Shown here: one piece after another, positions 38,435 through 46,420 of the stretch | Position numbering within the stretch: position 1 is the first letter of the stretch | How the letters are laid out: every line of letters starts with the position of its first letter | NCBI GenBank assembly: GCA_963851265.1 | Contig: CAWKNZ010000008.1 | Location: forward strand, 64,001-128,000 | Reading direction: 5' to 3' | From: an uncultured Gemmatimonadales bacterium | Lineage (GTDB): Bacteria; Gemmatimonadota; Gemmatimonadetes; Gemmatimonadales; Gemmatimonadaceae | DNA length: 64,000 nt | The notes under the pieces: model-generated | The model's input: only the letters and a program-made list of their open reading frames with translations | The model's database searches: none | What the model was told of the DNA's origin: nothing | Made by a program: the position numbers and the translations under genes

Positions 38435-38917
38435 TCAGCGAACGAACAGTGGATTGTCCGTGAGGGTCTGGGTCAGCTGGCCGAGGTACGTGTCGAATGG
38501 GTACGCGGTCGGCGCGACGGAGGTGAGCGGGTCGTCGACGAAGAGGGTTCCGGCGTCGGTATCGATGCCCACCACGATCACGACGTGGCCGTTGAACGAG
38601 TTACCCCACGTGCCGGAGTAGACGATCGGCCCGCGCTGCGACAGCGTGCTGTACACGCCTGCGGCAGTGGGCGTCATCTCGATCGACTTGAAGCCACACC
38701 GCGCGGCCCACAGGGGCCACTCGGCCCACGATGGGTTACCGCCGCCAGTGAACCGTGTCTGCATGTCAGGGAACGTCTCGGGTCCACGCAGATCCGCTAA
38801 CGACCCCCCGGCGCGGTTTTCGAAGTACCGTACTTCCATCTGCAGGCCCGTGTACCAGCATGCTCGGGGGTTGAGCTGATGTTGGTGAGTCACTCCGGAA
38901 ATTCGGATGCTTGGCAT
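38435..38917 (-). CDS. Papain-like cysteine protease (Peptidase C70/AvrRpt2- or C39-like)
   Basis: Q....ACWY (Cys), RGPIV, GHVVIVVGID (His), VDDP (Asp); AGGAG RBS; visibly lower GC than its neighbours. Confidence 0.8.
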   Translation of the reverse strand: MPSIRISGVTHQHQLNPRACWYTGLQMEVRYFENRAGGSLADLRGPETFPDMQTRFTGGGNPSWAEWPLWAARCGFKSIEMTPTAAGVYSTLSQRGPIVYSGTWGNSFNGHVVIVVGIDTDAGTLFVDDPLTSVAPTAYPFDTYLGQLTQTLTDNPLFVR

Positions 38918-39032
38918 GCCGTGTTCTCCTGATTTGTCCGTATTGTGTGGTCGTATCGCTACCTGCCACGGCCCTGACTCACGTAGTTGCCCGCGCCGGC
39001 GGGAAGCACGGTGGATCCATTCCTTGCCTCGT

Positions 39033-40046
39033 CTACGGGCTGCTCACGGATTGGAGTGGGGCCACCCACTCGCCCCGCCCTACCTCTCCCTCTTCGACGA
39101 CCGCCAGGAACGCCCGCCGCAGCGGCCGCCCATGCGCCGCCCGCTCCGCGTACGCCTCGCGCAGCTCCGTTAGGCCGTCGCACTCGTAACGGTTGCACGT
39201 GTCCGACCGCAGCGCGCGCGGCAGCGCGCACCCTCCCGGGGTGTGGTACACGCACGACCCGTCCAGCGACGCCGCGGGCAGGTGCGCCGCGTACGCCGCC
39301 GCGGCCGCGCGCACCCCCGCCCCCGGGTGCTCGGCGAACCACCGCCGCAGTGTGTCCGCCGTGAGGTAGGCCCGCTCGCCGCCCATGCGGCAGCAGCGGC
39401 CGCCGCACGCCGCGCAGGCCGCGCCGACGAACGGCGCCTCGCCGGCGGCTGGGGGCGCCGGAGGCGCGCCCGGCGGGGATGCGCCCGGCGGGGGTGCGGA
39501 GGCGCGGGTGTCGAACGCGAGGCGCGCGACCCGGCGCACGTGCGCGCGGAACGCGCGCCCCCGACGCCGCGGCAGGCGCACCGGCGGCGGCGGGCGCGGC
39601 GGGATGAACATCGGAAAGCCGCACGGGTCGGCCGACGGCAGCAGCACCACCGGCGCCTCCGCACGCGCGTCGGGCCCGACGCGCGCGTCCGCGTCGCGGA
39701 GCGCCCGCGCCGCCGCGCCGAGCCGCACGGATGCCTCCGCGGCGATCGCGGCGCGCTGGCGGGCGTGCTCGCGCCCGAGTGTGGCGGCGCGGCACTCCGG
39801 CGTGCCGCAACGCCCCGCGGCGCGCGCCGATGGCGTGTCGACCGCCCGGCCGCACTCGGCGCACGTGACGAGGGCCGGGGCCGTCATGGCGCGGCGTCGG
39901 CACGCCGAGCGGCCGCAGACCGCCACCGCGCACCGCTCCCCCCGCAGGCTGGCGGGCATGGAGAGCGGCGGGGCGCCCGGGGGCACCGGCGCGGCGCAGA
40001 CCGCGCAGGGGGCGCTGCGGGGCGGCGCGTGCGGGGCAGCAAACAT
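39033..40046 (-). CDS. Cys-rich metal-binding protein with C-terminal CxxCxxxCC (YkgJ-like) cluster
   Basis: CAVC, CAVAVCGRSAC, CAECG, CGTPEC, then CAACGGRCC...CVYHTPGGCAL...RSDTCNRYEC; start ATG 40046. Confidence 0.7.
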   Translation of the reverse strand: MFAAPHAPPRSAPCAVCAAPVPPGAPPLSMPASLRGERCAVAVCGRSACRRRAMTAPALVTCAECGRAVDTPSARAAGRCGTPECRAATLGREHARQRAAIAAEASVRLGAAARALRDADARVGPDARAEAPVVLLPSADPCGFPMFIPPRPPPPVRLPRRRGRAFRAHVRRVARLAFDTRASAPPPGASPPGAPPAPPAAGEAPFVGAACAACGGRCCRMGGERAYLTADTLRRWFAEHPGAGVRAAAAAYAAHLPAASLDGSCVYHTPGGCALPRALRSDTCNRYECDGLTELREAYAERAAHGRPLRRAFLAVVEEGEVGRGEWVAPLQSVSSP

Positions 40047-40100
40047 GGGCCTCCTCGGAAAGGGCACGTCCCGCGGCACGGCCGGCCGGGGAGCACGCGC

Positions 40101-40126
40101 CGTCTCGCTATCTCGTCTCGCTATAC
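40101..40126. repeat. 13-bp tandem duplication (CGTCTCGCTAT core x2)
   Basis: CGTCTCGCTATCT 40101-40113 and CGTCTCGCTATAC 40114-40126. Confidence 0.7.
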
Positions 40127-40151
40127 CGATTCGCGACGCCGGGCGCGTCGC
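40124..40151 (-). promoter_or_regulatory. Candidate ECF promoter GCGACG-N16-TCGGTA upstream of the Cys-cluster gene
   Basis: Motif match with 16-nt spacer. Confidence 0.6.
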
Positions 40152-40183
40152 CCGCGATCCGCCCTTCCGGGGCCCACGGCGCC

Positions 40184-40474
40184 GTGATGCCGCCCGTACA
40201 GGGGCTCGGGCGCTTCCACCACTCGGTGTTCGCGCGATTCCGCTTCGCGCAGAACCTGGTGCCAGCCTCGAAGATCCTCGGCGCGCAGGTCGGCGTGCAG
40301 CTGTCGCTGGATCTCATCAAGCACCACCTGACGGGATTCCGCAAACACGCGGTGGGCGGGTGCACAACGCTGCACGACAGCGCGGGCCCGGCCGGCCAGT
40401 CCGTGTTCGGCCAGCAGGGCACGCTGGAGTTGACGTACCGGTTCGAGCTCTGGCAGCCGGGCCAGGGACGCTGA
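40184..40474 (+). pseudogene. Short beta-rich ORF, probable remnant homologous to the C-terminus of the 23443 PG-binding protein
   Basis: By-eye alignment (G.FH, [YF]A, V.[IL].[VL]DL, S.[WF]G, L..[KR]F.L...GR-stop); no clear RBS. Confidence 0.45.
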
Positions 40475-40498
40475 GCGCGGGCGGCACCGGCGGGGGGT

Positions 40499-40526
40499 GT
40501 GATCGGCGCCGCCCCGCTCTCCGGAA
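40499..40526 (+). promoter_or_regulatory. Candidate ECF promoter GTGATC-N16-CCGGAA upstream of the tssH operon
   Basis: Motif match (one mismatch in the -10 element), 16-nt spacer, about 50 nt before the ATG. Confidence 0.6.
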
Positions 40527-40577
40527 TTAGCTCACGCCCGCCGCACGCGCCCCCGCTCCCGCCGCACCCCACGCCGC

Positions 40578-43364
40578 ATGCCGGTCACCCTCCGCGCCCT
40601 CATCGGCAAGCTCAACGCCCCGACCCGCTCGACCATCGAAGCGGCGGCCGGACTCTGCCTCTCGCGCACGCACTACGACGTCGAGGTCGAGCACTTTCTG
40701 CTCAAGGCGCTCGACGCCACCGACGGCGACCTCGCGCAGATCCTGCGGCACTACGGGGTGAACCGCGCGCGGCTCGCCGACGACCTCGCGCGCGGGCTGG
40801 ACCGGCTCAAGAGCGGGAACGCACGCACGCCGGCCCTCGGCCCGCACCTCGTCCAGATGCTCGTCGAAGCCTGGACGATCGGCTCGATCGAGTTCGGGGC
40901 GCCGCAGGCGCGCATCGGGCACTGCGTGCTCGCCCTCGTCTCGCACGACGAGCTGCGCCGCATGGCCGGCGAGATCAGCCGCGAGCTGGAGAAGATCCCC
41001 GCCGACGCGCTGCGCAAGGACTTCGTCGCGGTCACCGCGCCGTCGGCCGAGGCGGCCGCGGAGCTGCGCGGCTCGGACGGCGCAGCGTTAGGCACGGGCG
41101 CGGCGGCGGACGGCGCCCCCCGCCCGCCCGCGGCCGGTGGCCGCACGCCCAACCTCGACCAGTACACCGTCGACCTCACCGCCCGCGCCCGCGCCGGCAA
41201 GCTCGACCCGGTGTTGGGCCGCGACGCGGAGGTGCGGCAGGTGGTCGACATCCTCACCCGCCGCCGCCAGAACAACCCGATCCTCGTCGGCGAGGCGGGC
41301 GTGGGCAAGACGGCCGTCGTCGAGGGCTTCGCGTGCCGCATCGCGGAGGGGGACGTGCCCGAGCCGCTCCGGCACGTCACCCTCCGCACGCTCGACCTCG
41401 CCCTGCTGCAGGCCGGCGCGGGGGTCAAGGGCGAGTTCGAGAACCGCCTCAAGGGACTCATCGAGGAGGTCAAGAACTCGCCGACGCCGGTCATCCTCTT
41501 CGTCGACGAGGCGCACACGATGATCGGCGCCGGCGGGCAGGCGGGGCAGAACGACGCCGCCAACCTGCTCAAGCCGGCCCTCGCCCGCGGCGAGCTGCGG
41601 ACGATCGCCGCGACCACGTGGGCGGAGTACAAGAAGTACTTCGAGAAGGACCCCGCGCTCTCACGCCGCTTCCAGCTGGTCAAGGTCGAGGAGCCGGGGG
41701 AGGAGCAGTGCCTCGTGATGCTGCGCGGCGTGGTCCCGGCGCTCGAGGCGCACCACCGGGTCCGCATCACCGACGACGGGCTCGACGCGGCCGTGCGCCT
41801 CTCGCACCGCTTCCTGCCCGACCGCCAGCTCCCCGACAAGGCGGTGAGCGTGCTCGACACCGCGTGCGCGCGGCTCGCGTTAGGCCAGCAGGCGACGCCG
41901 GCCTCGGTCGAGGCCGCGCGGCGCGAGCTCGACGACCTCGCCGTGCAGGCCCGTGTGCTCGGCCGCGAGGCCGCGCTCGGCGCCGACCACGGCGAGCGCC
42001 TCGGGGCGATCGCGGCGCGGCGCGCGGAGCTGGACGCGCACCTCGCCGCGCTGACCGAACGCTGGAACGCGGAGAGCGCCCTCGTCGGCAAGGTGCGCGC
42101 GCTGCGCGCCCGGATCGAGGACGGGGCGGACGACCTCCCCGCCTTACGGGCAGAGCTCGCGGCGCGGCAGACGGCGCTCGAGGCGCTCCAGGGCGAGACC
42201 CCGCTCGTGCGCGTCGCGGTCGACGCGTCGATCGTCGGCGAGGTGATCTCGGGGTGGACCGGCGTCCCCGTCGGCAAGATGCTCCGCGACCAGCTCGGCC
42301 TCATGCTGCAGCTCGAGCGCCGCCTCGGCGAGCGCATCATCGGGCAGGACCACGCGTTGGGCGCGGTCAGTCGCCGCGTGCGCACCTCGGCGGCCAAGAT
42401 CGAGGACCCCAACAAGCCCAAGGGCGTCTTCATGCTCGTCGGCCCCTCGGGCGTCGGCAAGACCGAGACGGCGCTCGCGCTGAGCGACCTGCTCTACGGC
42501 GGCGAGCAGAACCTCGTCACCGTCAACATGAGCGAGTTCCAGGAGGCGCACACCGTCTCCACGCTCAAGGGCTCGCCGCCCGGCTACGTGGGCTACGGCG
42601 AGGGCGGCGTGCTCACCGAGGCCGTCCGGCGCCGCCCGTACTCGGTGGTGCTCCTCGACGAGGTCGAGAAGGCGCACCCCGACGTGCTCGAGCTGTTCTT
42701 CCAGGTGTTCGACAAGGGCGTGCTGGAGGACGGCGAGGGGCGGCAGGTCGACTTCCGCAACACGCTCATCCTGCTCACGACCAACGCGGGCACGGACACG
42801 ATCATGAAGCTGACGGCGGACCCCGAGACCGCGCCCGCGCCCGACGCGCTCGCCGCCGCGCTCAAGCCCGAACTCGACCGCGCGTTCAAGCCGGCCTTCC
42901 TCGGCCGCATGGTCGTGGTGCCCTACCTCCCGGTGCGCGACGAGCACCTCCGGCGCATCGTCCGCCTCAAGCTCGGGCGGATCGCGCGCCGGCTGCGCGA
43001 GACGCACGCCGTCACGCTCGCCTACGACGACGCGCTCGTCGACGCCGTGGCCGCGCGCTGCACCGAGGTGGAGAGCGGCGCGCGCAACGTCGACCACATC
43101 CTGACCAACACCATGCTCCCCGAGCTGTCGCGCCTGCTGCTCGAGGCGGCCGGCGCGGGCACGCGGCCGGGTGCGTTGCGCGTCGGCGTGGACACGACCG
43201 GCGAGCTGACCTACGCGGCGGGCGACGGCGCACCGTCCGCCGGGGCGACGCCAGACGGGGCGACGAACGACCCCGCGTCCGAAGCGGCCGACGTCCGCGC
43301 GGCGGTGCGCGACCCCGGGTACTCGGTCGCGCCGCCCGAGGCCGCGCCGCTGGCGGCCCGGTGA
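40578..43364 (+). CDS. tssH: T6SS AAA+ ATPase ClpV/TssH
   Basis: ClpV N-terminus (LIGKLN...AAAGLCLSRTHYDVEVEH), RRRQNNPILVGEAGVGKT, GPSGVGKTETA, NMSEFQEAHTVS. Confidence 0.97.
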   Translation: MPVTLRALIGKLNAPTRSTIEAAAGLCLSRTHYDVEVEHFLLKALDATDGDLAQILRHYGVNRARLADDLARGLDRLKSGNARTPALGPHLVQMLVEAWTIGSIEFGAPQARIGHCVLALVSHDELRRMAGEISRELEKIPADALRKDFVAVTAPSAEAAAELRGSDGAALGTGAAADGAPRPPAAGGRTPNLDQYTVDLTARARAGKLDPVLGRDAEVRQVVDILTRRRQNNPILVGEAGVGKTAVVEGFACRIAEGDVPEPLRHVTLRTLDLALLQAGAGVKGEFENRLKGLIEEVKNSPTPVILFVDEAHTMIGAGGQAGQNDAANLLKPALARGELRTIAATTWAEYKKYFEKDPALSRRFQLVKVEEPGEEQCLVMLRGVVPALEAHHRVRITDDGLDAAVRLSHRFLPDRQLPDKAVSVLDTACARLALGQQATPASVEAARRELDDLAVQARVLGREAALGADHGERLGAIAARRAELDAHLAALTERWNAESALVGKVRALRARIEDGADDLPALRAELAARQTALEALQGETPLVRVAVDASIVGEVISGWTGVPVGKMLRDQLGLMLQLERRLGERIIGQDHALGAVSRRVRTSAAKIEDPNKPKGVFMLVGPSGVGKTETALALSDLLYGGEQNLVTVNMSEFQEAHTVSTLKGSPPGYVGYGEGGVLTEAVRRRPYSVVLLDEVEKAHPDVLELFFQVFDKGVLEDGEGRQVDFRNTLILLTTNAGTDTIMKLTADPETAPAPDALAAALKPELDRAFKPAFLGRMVVVPYLPVRDEHLRRIVRLKLGRIARRLRETHAVTLAYDDALVDAVAARCTEVESGARNVDHILTNTMLPELSRLLLEAAGAGTRPGALRVGVDTTGELTYAAGDGAPSAGATPDGATNDPASEAADVRAAVRDPGYSVAPPEAAPLAAR

Positions 43365-43398
43365 ACGGTCGGCGCCCGACCCGCCGGGTGCGGACCCG

Positions 43399-45360
43399 AT
43401 GAGCACCGCGGCGGGCGCGGTCGCGCAGGCGGGGCGCCCGGCCACGGCGGCGACCCCCTTAGGCGGTGACGCGCTCGTCGTGGTGCGCGTCGCCGGCACG
43501 GAAGAGCTGAGCCGCCCGTTCCTGTTCACCGTGGACTTCGTGTCGCGCGAGGGCGGCGTCGCGCCCGCGGCCCTGCTCGGCAAGCCGATGGCCCTGTCGT
43601 TCGAGCTGCCCGAGGGGGGCGCGCGGCCGGTGCACGGCCTCGTGCGCCGGTGGACGGCGCTCGGGTCCGCGGGGCCCGCCGGGCTGTTCCGCTACCGCGC
43701 GGAGCTGGTGCCGTGGGTCTGGATGCTCTCGCTCTCGAGCGACTGCCGCACCTTCGAGCGCCAGTCGCCGCTCGACGTGATCGAGGCGGTGTTCACGCAG
43801 GCGGGCTACCACGACTTCCGCCGCCGGGTCGCGTCGCCGCCGCCGGTCGCGCCCTACGTCGTGCAGTACGACGAGACCGACCTCGCCTTCGTCTCGCGCC
43901 TGCTCGAGGACGCCGGGCTGTACTACACGTTCGAGCATTCGGCGGACAAGCACACGCTCGTGCTCACCGACGCGCGCGGCGGGGCGGTGCCGGCCGGGCA
44001 GGTCGCGTCGGTGCCGATCGTCGGCCCCGAGCCGCACGGCGGGAACGCCGGCGACGTGGCGAGCGTGCCCAACGCGATCACCGGCTTCGAGCGCGACTAC
44101 GTGGTGCACGCCCGCGCCGTCGCGTTAGGCGACGCGCACCTGCTGCGCGCCGCGGACCGCGGTTCGTCGACCAGCGACCGCCCGGGTGCCGCGGGAGAAC
44201 GCTTCGCCTTCCTGGGCGACCTGGACGGCACGCCCGAGGCGGGGGTCGCTGCCGCGCGGGCGCGCCGCCGGATCGAGGCCGAGGAGGCGCTCGGGGACGT
44301 GGCGCACGGCACGTCGAGCTGCCCCGGGCTCGCGGCGGGCACGCGCGTCACCGTCACCGGCGGCCCGCACGGCGCCGCGGGCGCGGACTACCAGATCGTG
44401 CGCGTCACGCACGCGCTCGAGATCGGCGACGTGGCCGCGGGCGGCGGCCTCACGTCCAAGTACGAGAACACGTTCACCGCGATGCCGGCGGCCACGCTCT
44501 ACCGCCCCGCGAGCGTGACGCCGCGCCCCGCGGTGCGCGGCACGCAGACCGCGCTCGTCGTCGGCGCGGGGGGCGCCGGACAGATCGACGTCGACGCGCA
44601 CGGCTGCATCCTGCTGCAGTTCCCCTGGGACCGCGGCGCGGGCAAGGACGGCCGCTCGCAGCACCGCGTGCACGTGGCGTCGGTCTGGTCGGGCACGGGC
44701 TGGGGCGCGGTCCAGCTGCCGCGCCTCGGGCAGCGCGTGCTGGTCGAGTACCTCGGCGGCGACCCCGAGCGGCCGATCGTCACGGGCCGGGTGTACACGA
44801 GCGACAACGCGCACCCGTACGGCCTGCCCGGGAGTAAGACGCAGAGCGGCATCAAGACCCGGTCGGTCGGCGGCGGGGCCGACAACTGCAACGAACTGCG
44901 CTTCGAGGACAAGCAGGGCGACGAGCACGTCTACCTGCAGGCCGAGAAGGACCTGCAGGTCCACGTCAAGCACGACGAGACGCGCGAGGTGCTCAACGAC
45001 CGCACGGCCACGATCACCAACAACGAGACGCTGACCGTCAAGCAGGGCGACCGCACCGCGACCGTGGAGATGGGCAACGACGCGCTCGCGGTCAAGATGG
45101 GCAACCTCACGATCGGCGTGTCGCTCGGGAACGTCTCGATCAAGGCCGACGTCGGCAGCATCACGCTGGAGGCGTTGCAGGGGGTGACGCTCAAGTCGGG
45201 CCCGATGAGCTCGCTGCAGGTCACGCCCGCCGGGATCACGGTCAAGGGCGCGATGGTGAGCCTGGAGGGCCAGGTGACGGCGCAGATCAAGGCGCCGATG
45301 GTGCAGGCCAGCGCCGACGCCATGCTCATGGCCAAGGGCGCGATCACGATGATCGGCTGA
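43399..45360 (+). CDS. vgrG: T6SS spike protein VgrG (no toxin extension)
   Basis: EELSRPF, VQYDETDLAFVSRLLE..G.YY.F, GTQTALVVG, FPWDR, LPRLGQ.V.VEY..GDPERP, SGIKTRS, NELRFEDK, QAEKD, gp5-like C-terminal repeats. Confidence 0.97.
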   Translation: MSTAAGAVAQAGRPATAATPLGGDALVVVRVAGTEELSRPFLFTVDFVSREGGVAPAALLGKPMALSFELPEGGARPVHGLVRRWTALGSAGPAGLFRYRAELVPWVWMLSLSSDCRTFERQSPLDVIEAVFTQAGYHDFRRRVASPPPVAPYVVQYDETDLAFVSRLLEDAGLYYTFEHSADKHTLVLTDARGGAVPAGQVASVPIVGPEPHGGNAGDVASVPNAITGFERDYVVHARAVALGDAHLLRAADRGSSTSDRPGAAGERFAFLGDLDGTPEAGVAAARARRRIEAEEALGDVAHGTSSCPGLAAGTRVTVTGGPHGAAGADYQIVRVTHALEIGDVAAGGGLTSKYENTFTAMPAATLYRPASVTPRPAVRGTQTALVVGAGGAGQIDVDAHGCILLQFPWDRGAGKDGRSQHRVHVASVWSGTGWGAVQLPRLGQRVLVEYLGGDPERPIVTGRVYTSDNAHPYGLPGSKTQSGIKTRSVGGGADNCNELRFEDKQGDEHVYLQAEKDLQVHVKHDETREVLNDRTATITNNETLTVKQGDRTATVEMGNDALAVKMGNLTIGVSLGNVSIKADVGSITLEALQGVTLKSGPMSSLQVTPAGITVKGAMVSLEGQVTAQIKAPMVQASADAMLMAKGAITMIG

Positions 45361-45379
45361 GCCGGGGGAGCCCCTCCGC

Positions 45380-46063
45380 ATGCCCGCCCTCACCTGGCTC
45401 CGCGAGCGCGCCGCGCTCGACGCCGCCGTCCCCGACGCCGCCGACCCGGGGCGCCTCGCCGAGGCGCTGGTCGCGGGCGGAGAGCTGGCGGCCGCGCTCC
45501 GGCTCACGGCGTGCGCGCTCCCCCCGCGCGAGGGGGTGTGGTGGGCGCTCGTGGCGGCGCGCCGCGCGCAGCGGACGGCCGCGCGCGTGGGGGCCGCGGG
45601 CGACGCCGGCGCGCTGGCGGGCGCGGCGCGGGAGGCCGCAGCGCTCAAGGCCGCCGAGCGCTGGATCGCGGAGCCCACCGACGCGCACCGGCGCCAGGCG
45701 TGGGACGCCGCGCAGGCCGCGGGGCTCGAGACGCCGGCGGGCGGGGCGGCGGCCGCCGCGTTCTTCGCGACCGGCAGCCTCGCGCCGGCGACGAGCCCGA
45801 TGGCCGTGGCCCCCCCGCCCGGCGCGCACGCGACGCTGGCCGCCGGCGCGGTCCTGCTCGCCGCCGCGCGCACCAGCCCGGCACGTCTCGCCGAGGCCGT
45901 CGGCGAGTCCGTGGCCCAGGGCGCCGAGATCGCGCGCCGCCTGGGCGGCTGGGACGCCGCGGCGGCCGCCGCGCGCCGGCACTTCGAGGCGCAGGCCGAG
46001 GCGCACGCCGAGGCCGCGCGGCCGCCAGCCCCGCCCGGGGTGCCGGCCGCCGGGGGGGCCTGA
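45380..46063 (+). CDS. DUF6931-type T6SS-associated protein
   Basis: ACALPPREGVWWA...AERWIAEPTDAHRRQA...AAFFATGSLAP...AGAVLLA; located between vgrG and PAAR. Confidence 0.75.
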   Translation: MPALTWLRERAALDAAVPDAADPGRLAEALVAGGELAAALRLTACALPPREGVWWALVAARRAQRTAARVGAAGDAGALAGAAREAAALKAAERWIAEPTDAHRRQAWDAAQAAGLETPAGGAAAAAFFATGSLAPATSPMAVAPPPGAHATLAAGAVLLAAARTSPARLAEAVGESVAQGAEIARRLGGWDAAAAAARRHFEAQAEAHAEAARPPAPPGVPAAGGA

Positions 46064-46065
46064 GC

Positions 46066-46359
46066 ATGGGCCTCCCCGCGGCGCGGATCACCGACATGCA
46101 CGTCTGCCCGATGATCACCGTGCTCGTGCCGCACGTCGGCGGCCCGATCGCGGTCCCGGGCGCGCCGATGGTGCTCGTCGCGGGCCTGCCCGCGGCCACG
46201 GTCACGAGCATGTGCGTCTGCGTCGGCCCACCCGACCTGATCGTGATGGGCTCGACCTCCGTGCTCATGGGCGGGATGCCCGCCGCCCGGCTCACGAGCC
46301 TGACGGCGCACGGCGGCACCGTGGTGTTCGGCGCGCCCACGGTGCTCGTCGGGCCGTAA
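46066..46359 (+). CDS. PAAR-domain spike tip protein
   Basis: MGLPAARITDMHVCP...PHVGGPI...PAATV..CVCVGPPD...PAARL...TAHGG. Confidence 0.95.
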   Translation: MGLPAARITDMHVCPMITVLVPHVGGPIAVPGAPMVLVAGLPAATVTSMCVCVGPPDLIVMGSTSVLMGGMPAARLTSLTAHGGTVVFGAPTVLVGP

Positions 46360-46383
46360 CCCCCGCCCCGCCCCCTTCCCCCG

Positions 46384-46411
46384 GCGATCGGTTCGAGCGC
46401 GTCCGCCGGTA
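46384..46411 (+). promoter_or_regulatory. Candidate ECF promoter GCGATC-N16-CCGGTA upstream of the T6SS kinase
   Basis: Motif match; -10 element ends 9 nt before ATG 46421 (near-leaderless). Confidence 0.6.
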
Positions 46412-46420
46412 TCTCCTGGC

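Noticed and set aside
43399..45360. Evolved VgrG with a C-terminal toxin
   Set aside because: The protein ends in beta-repeat spike sequence at 653 aa with no extra domain.
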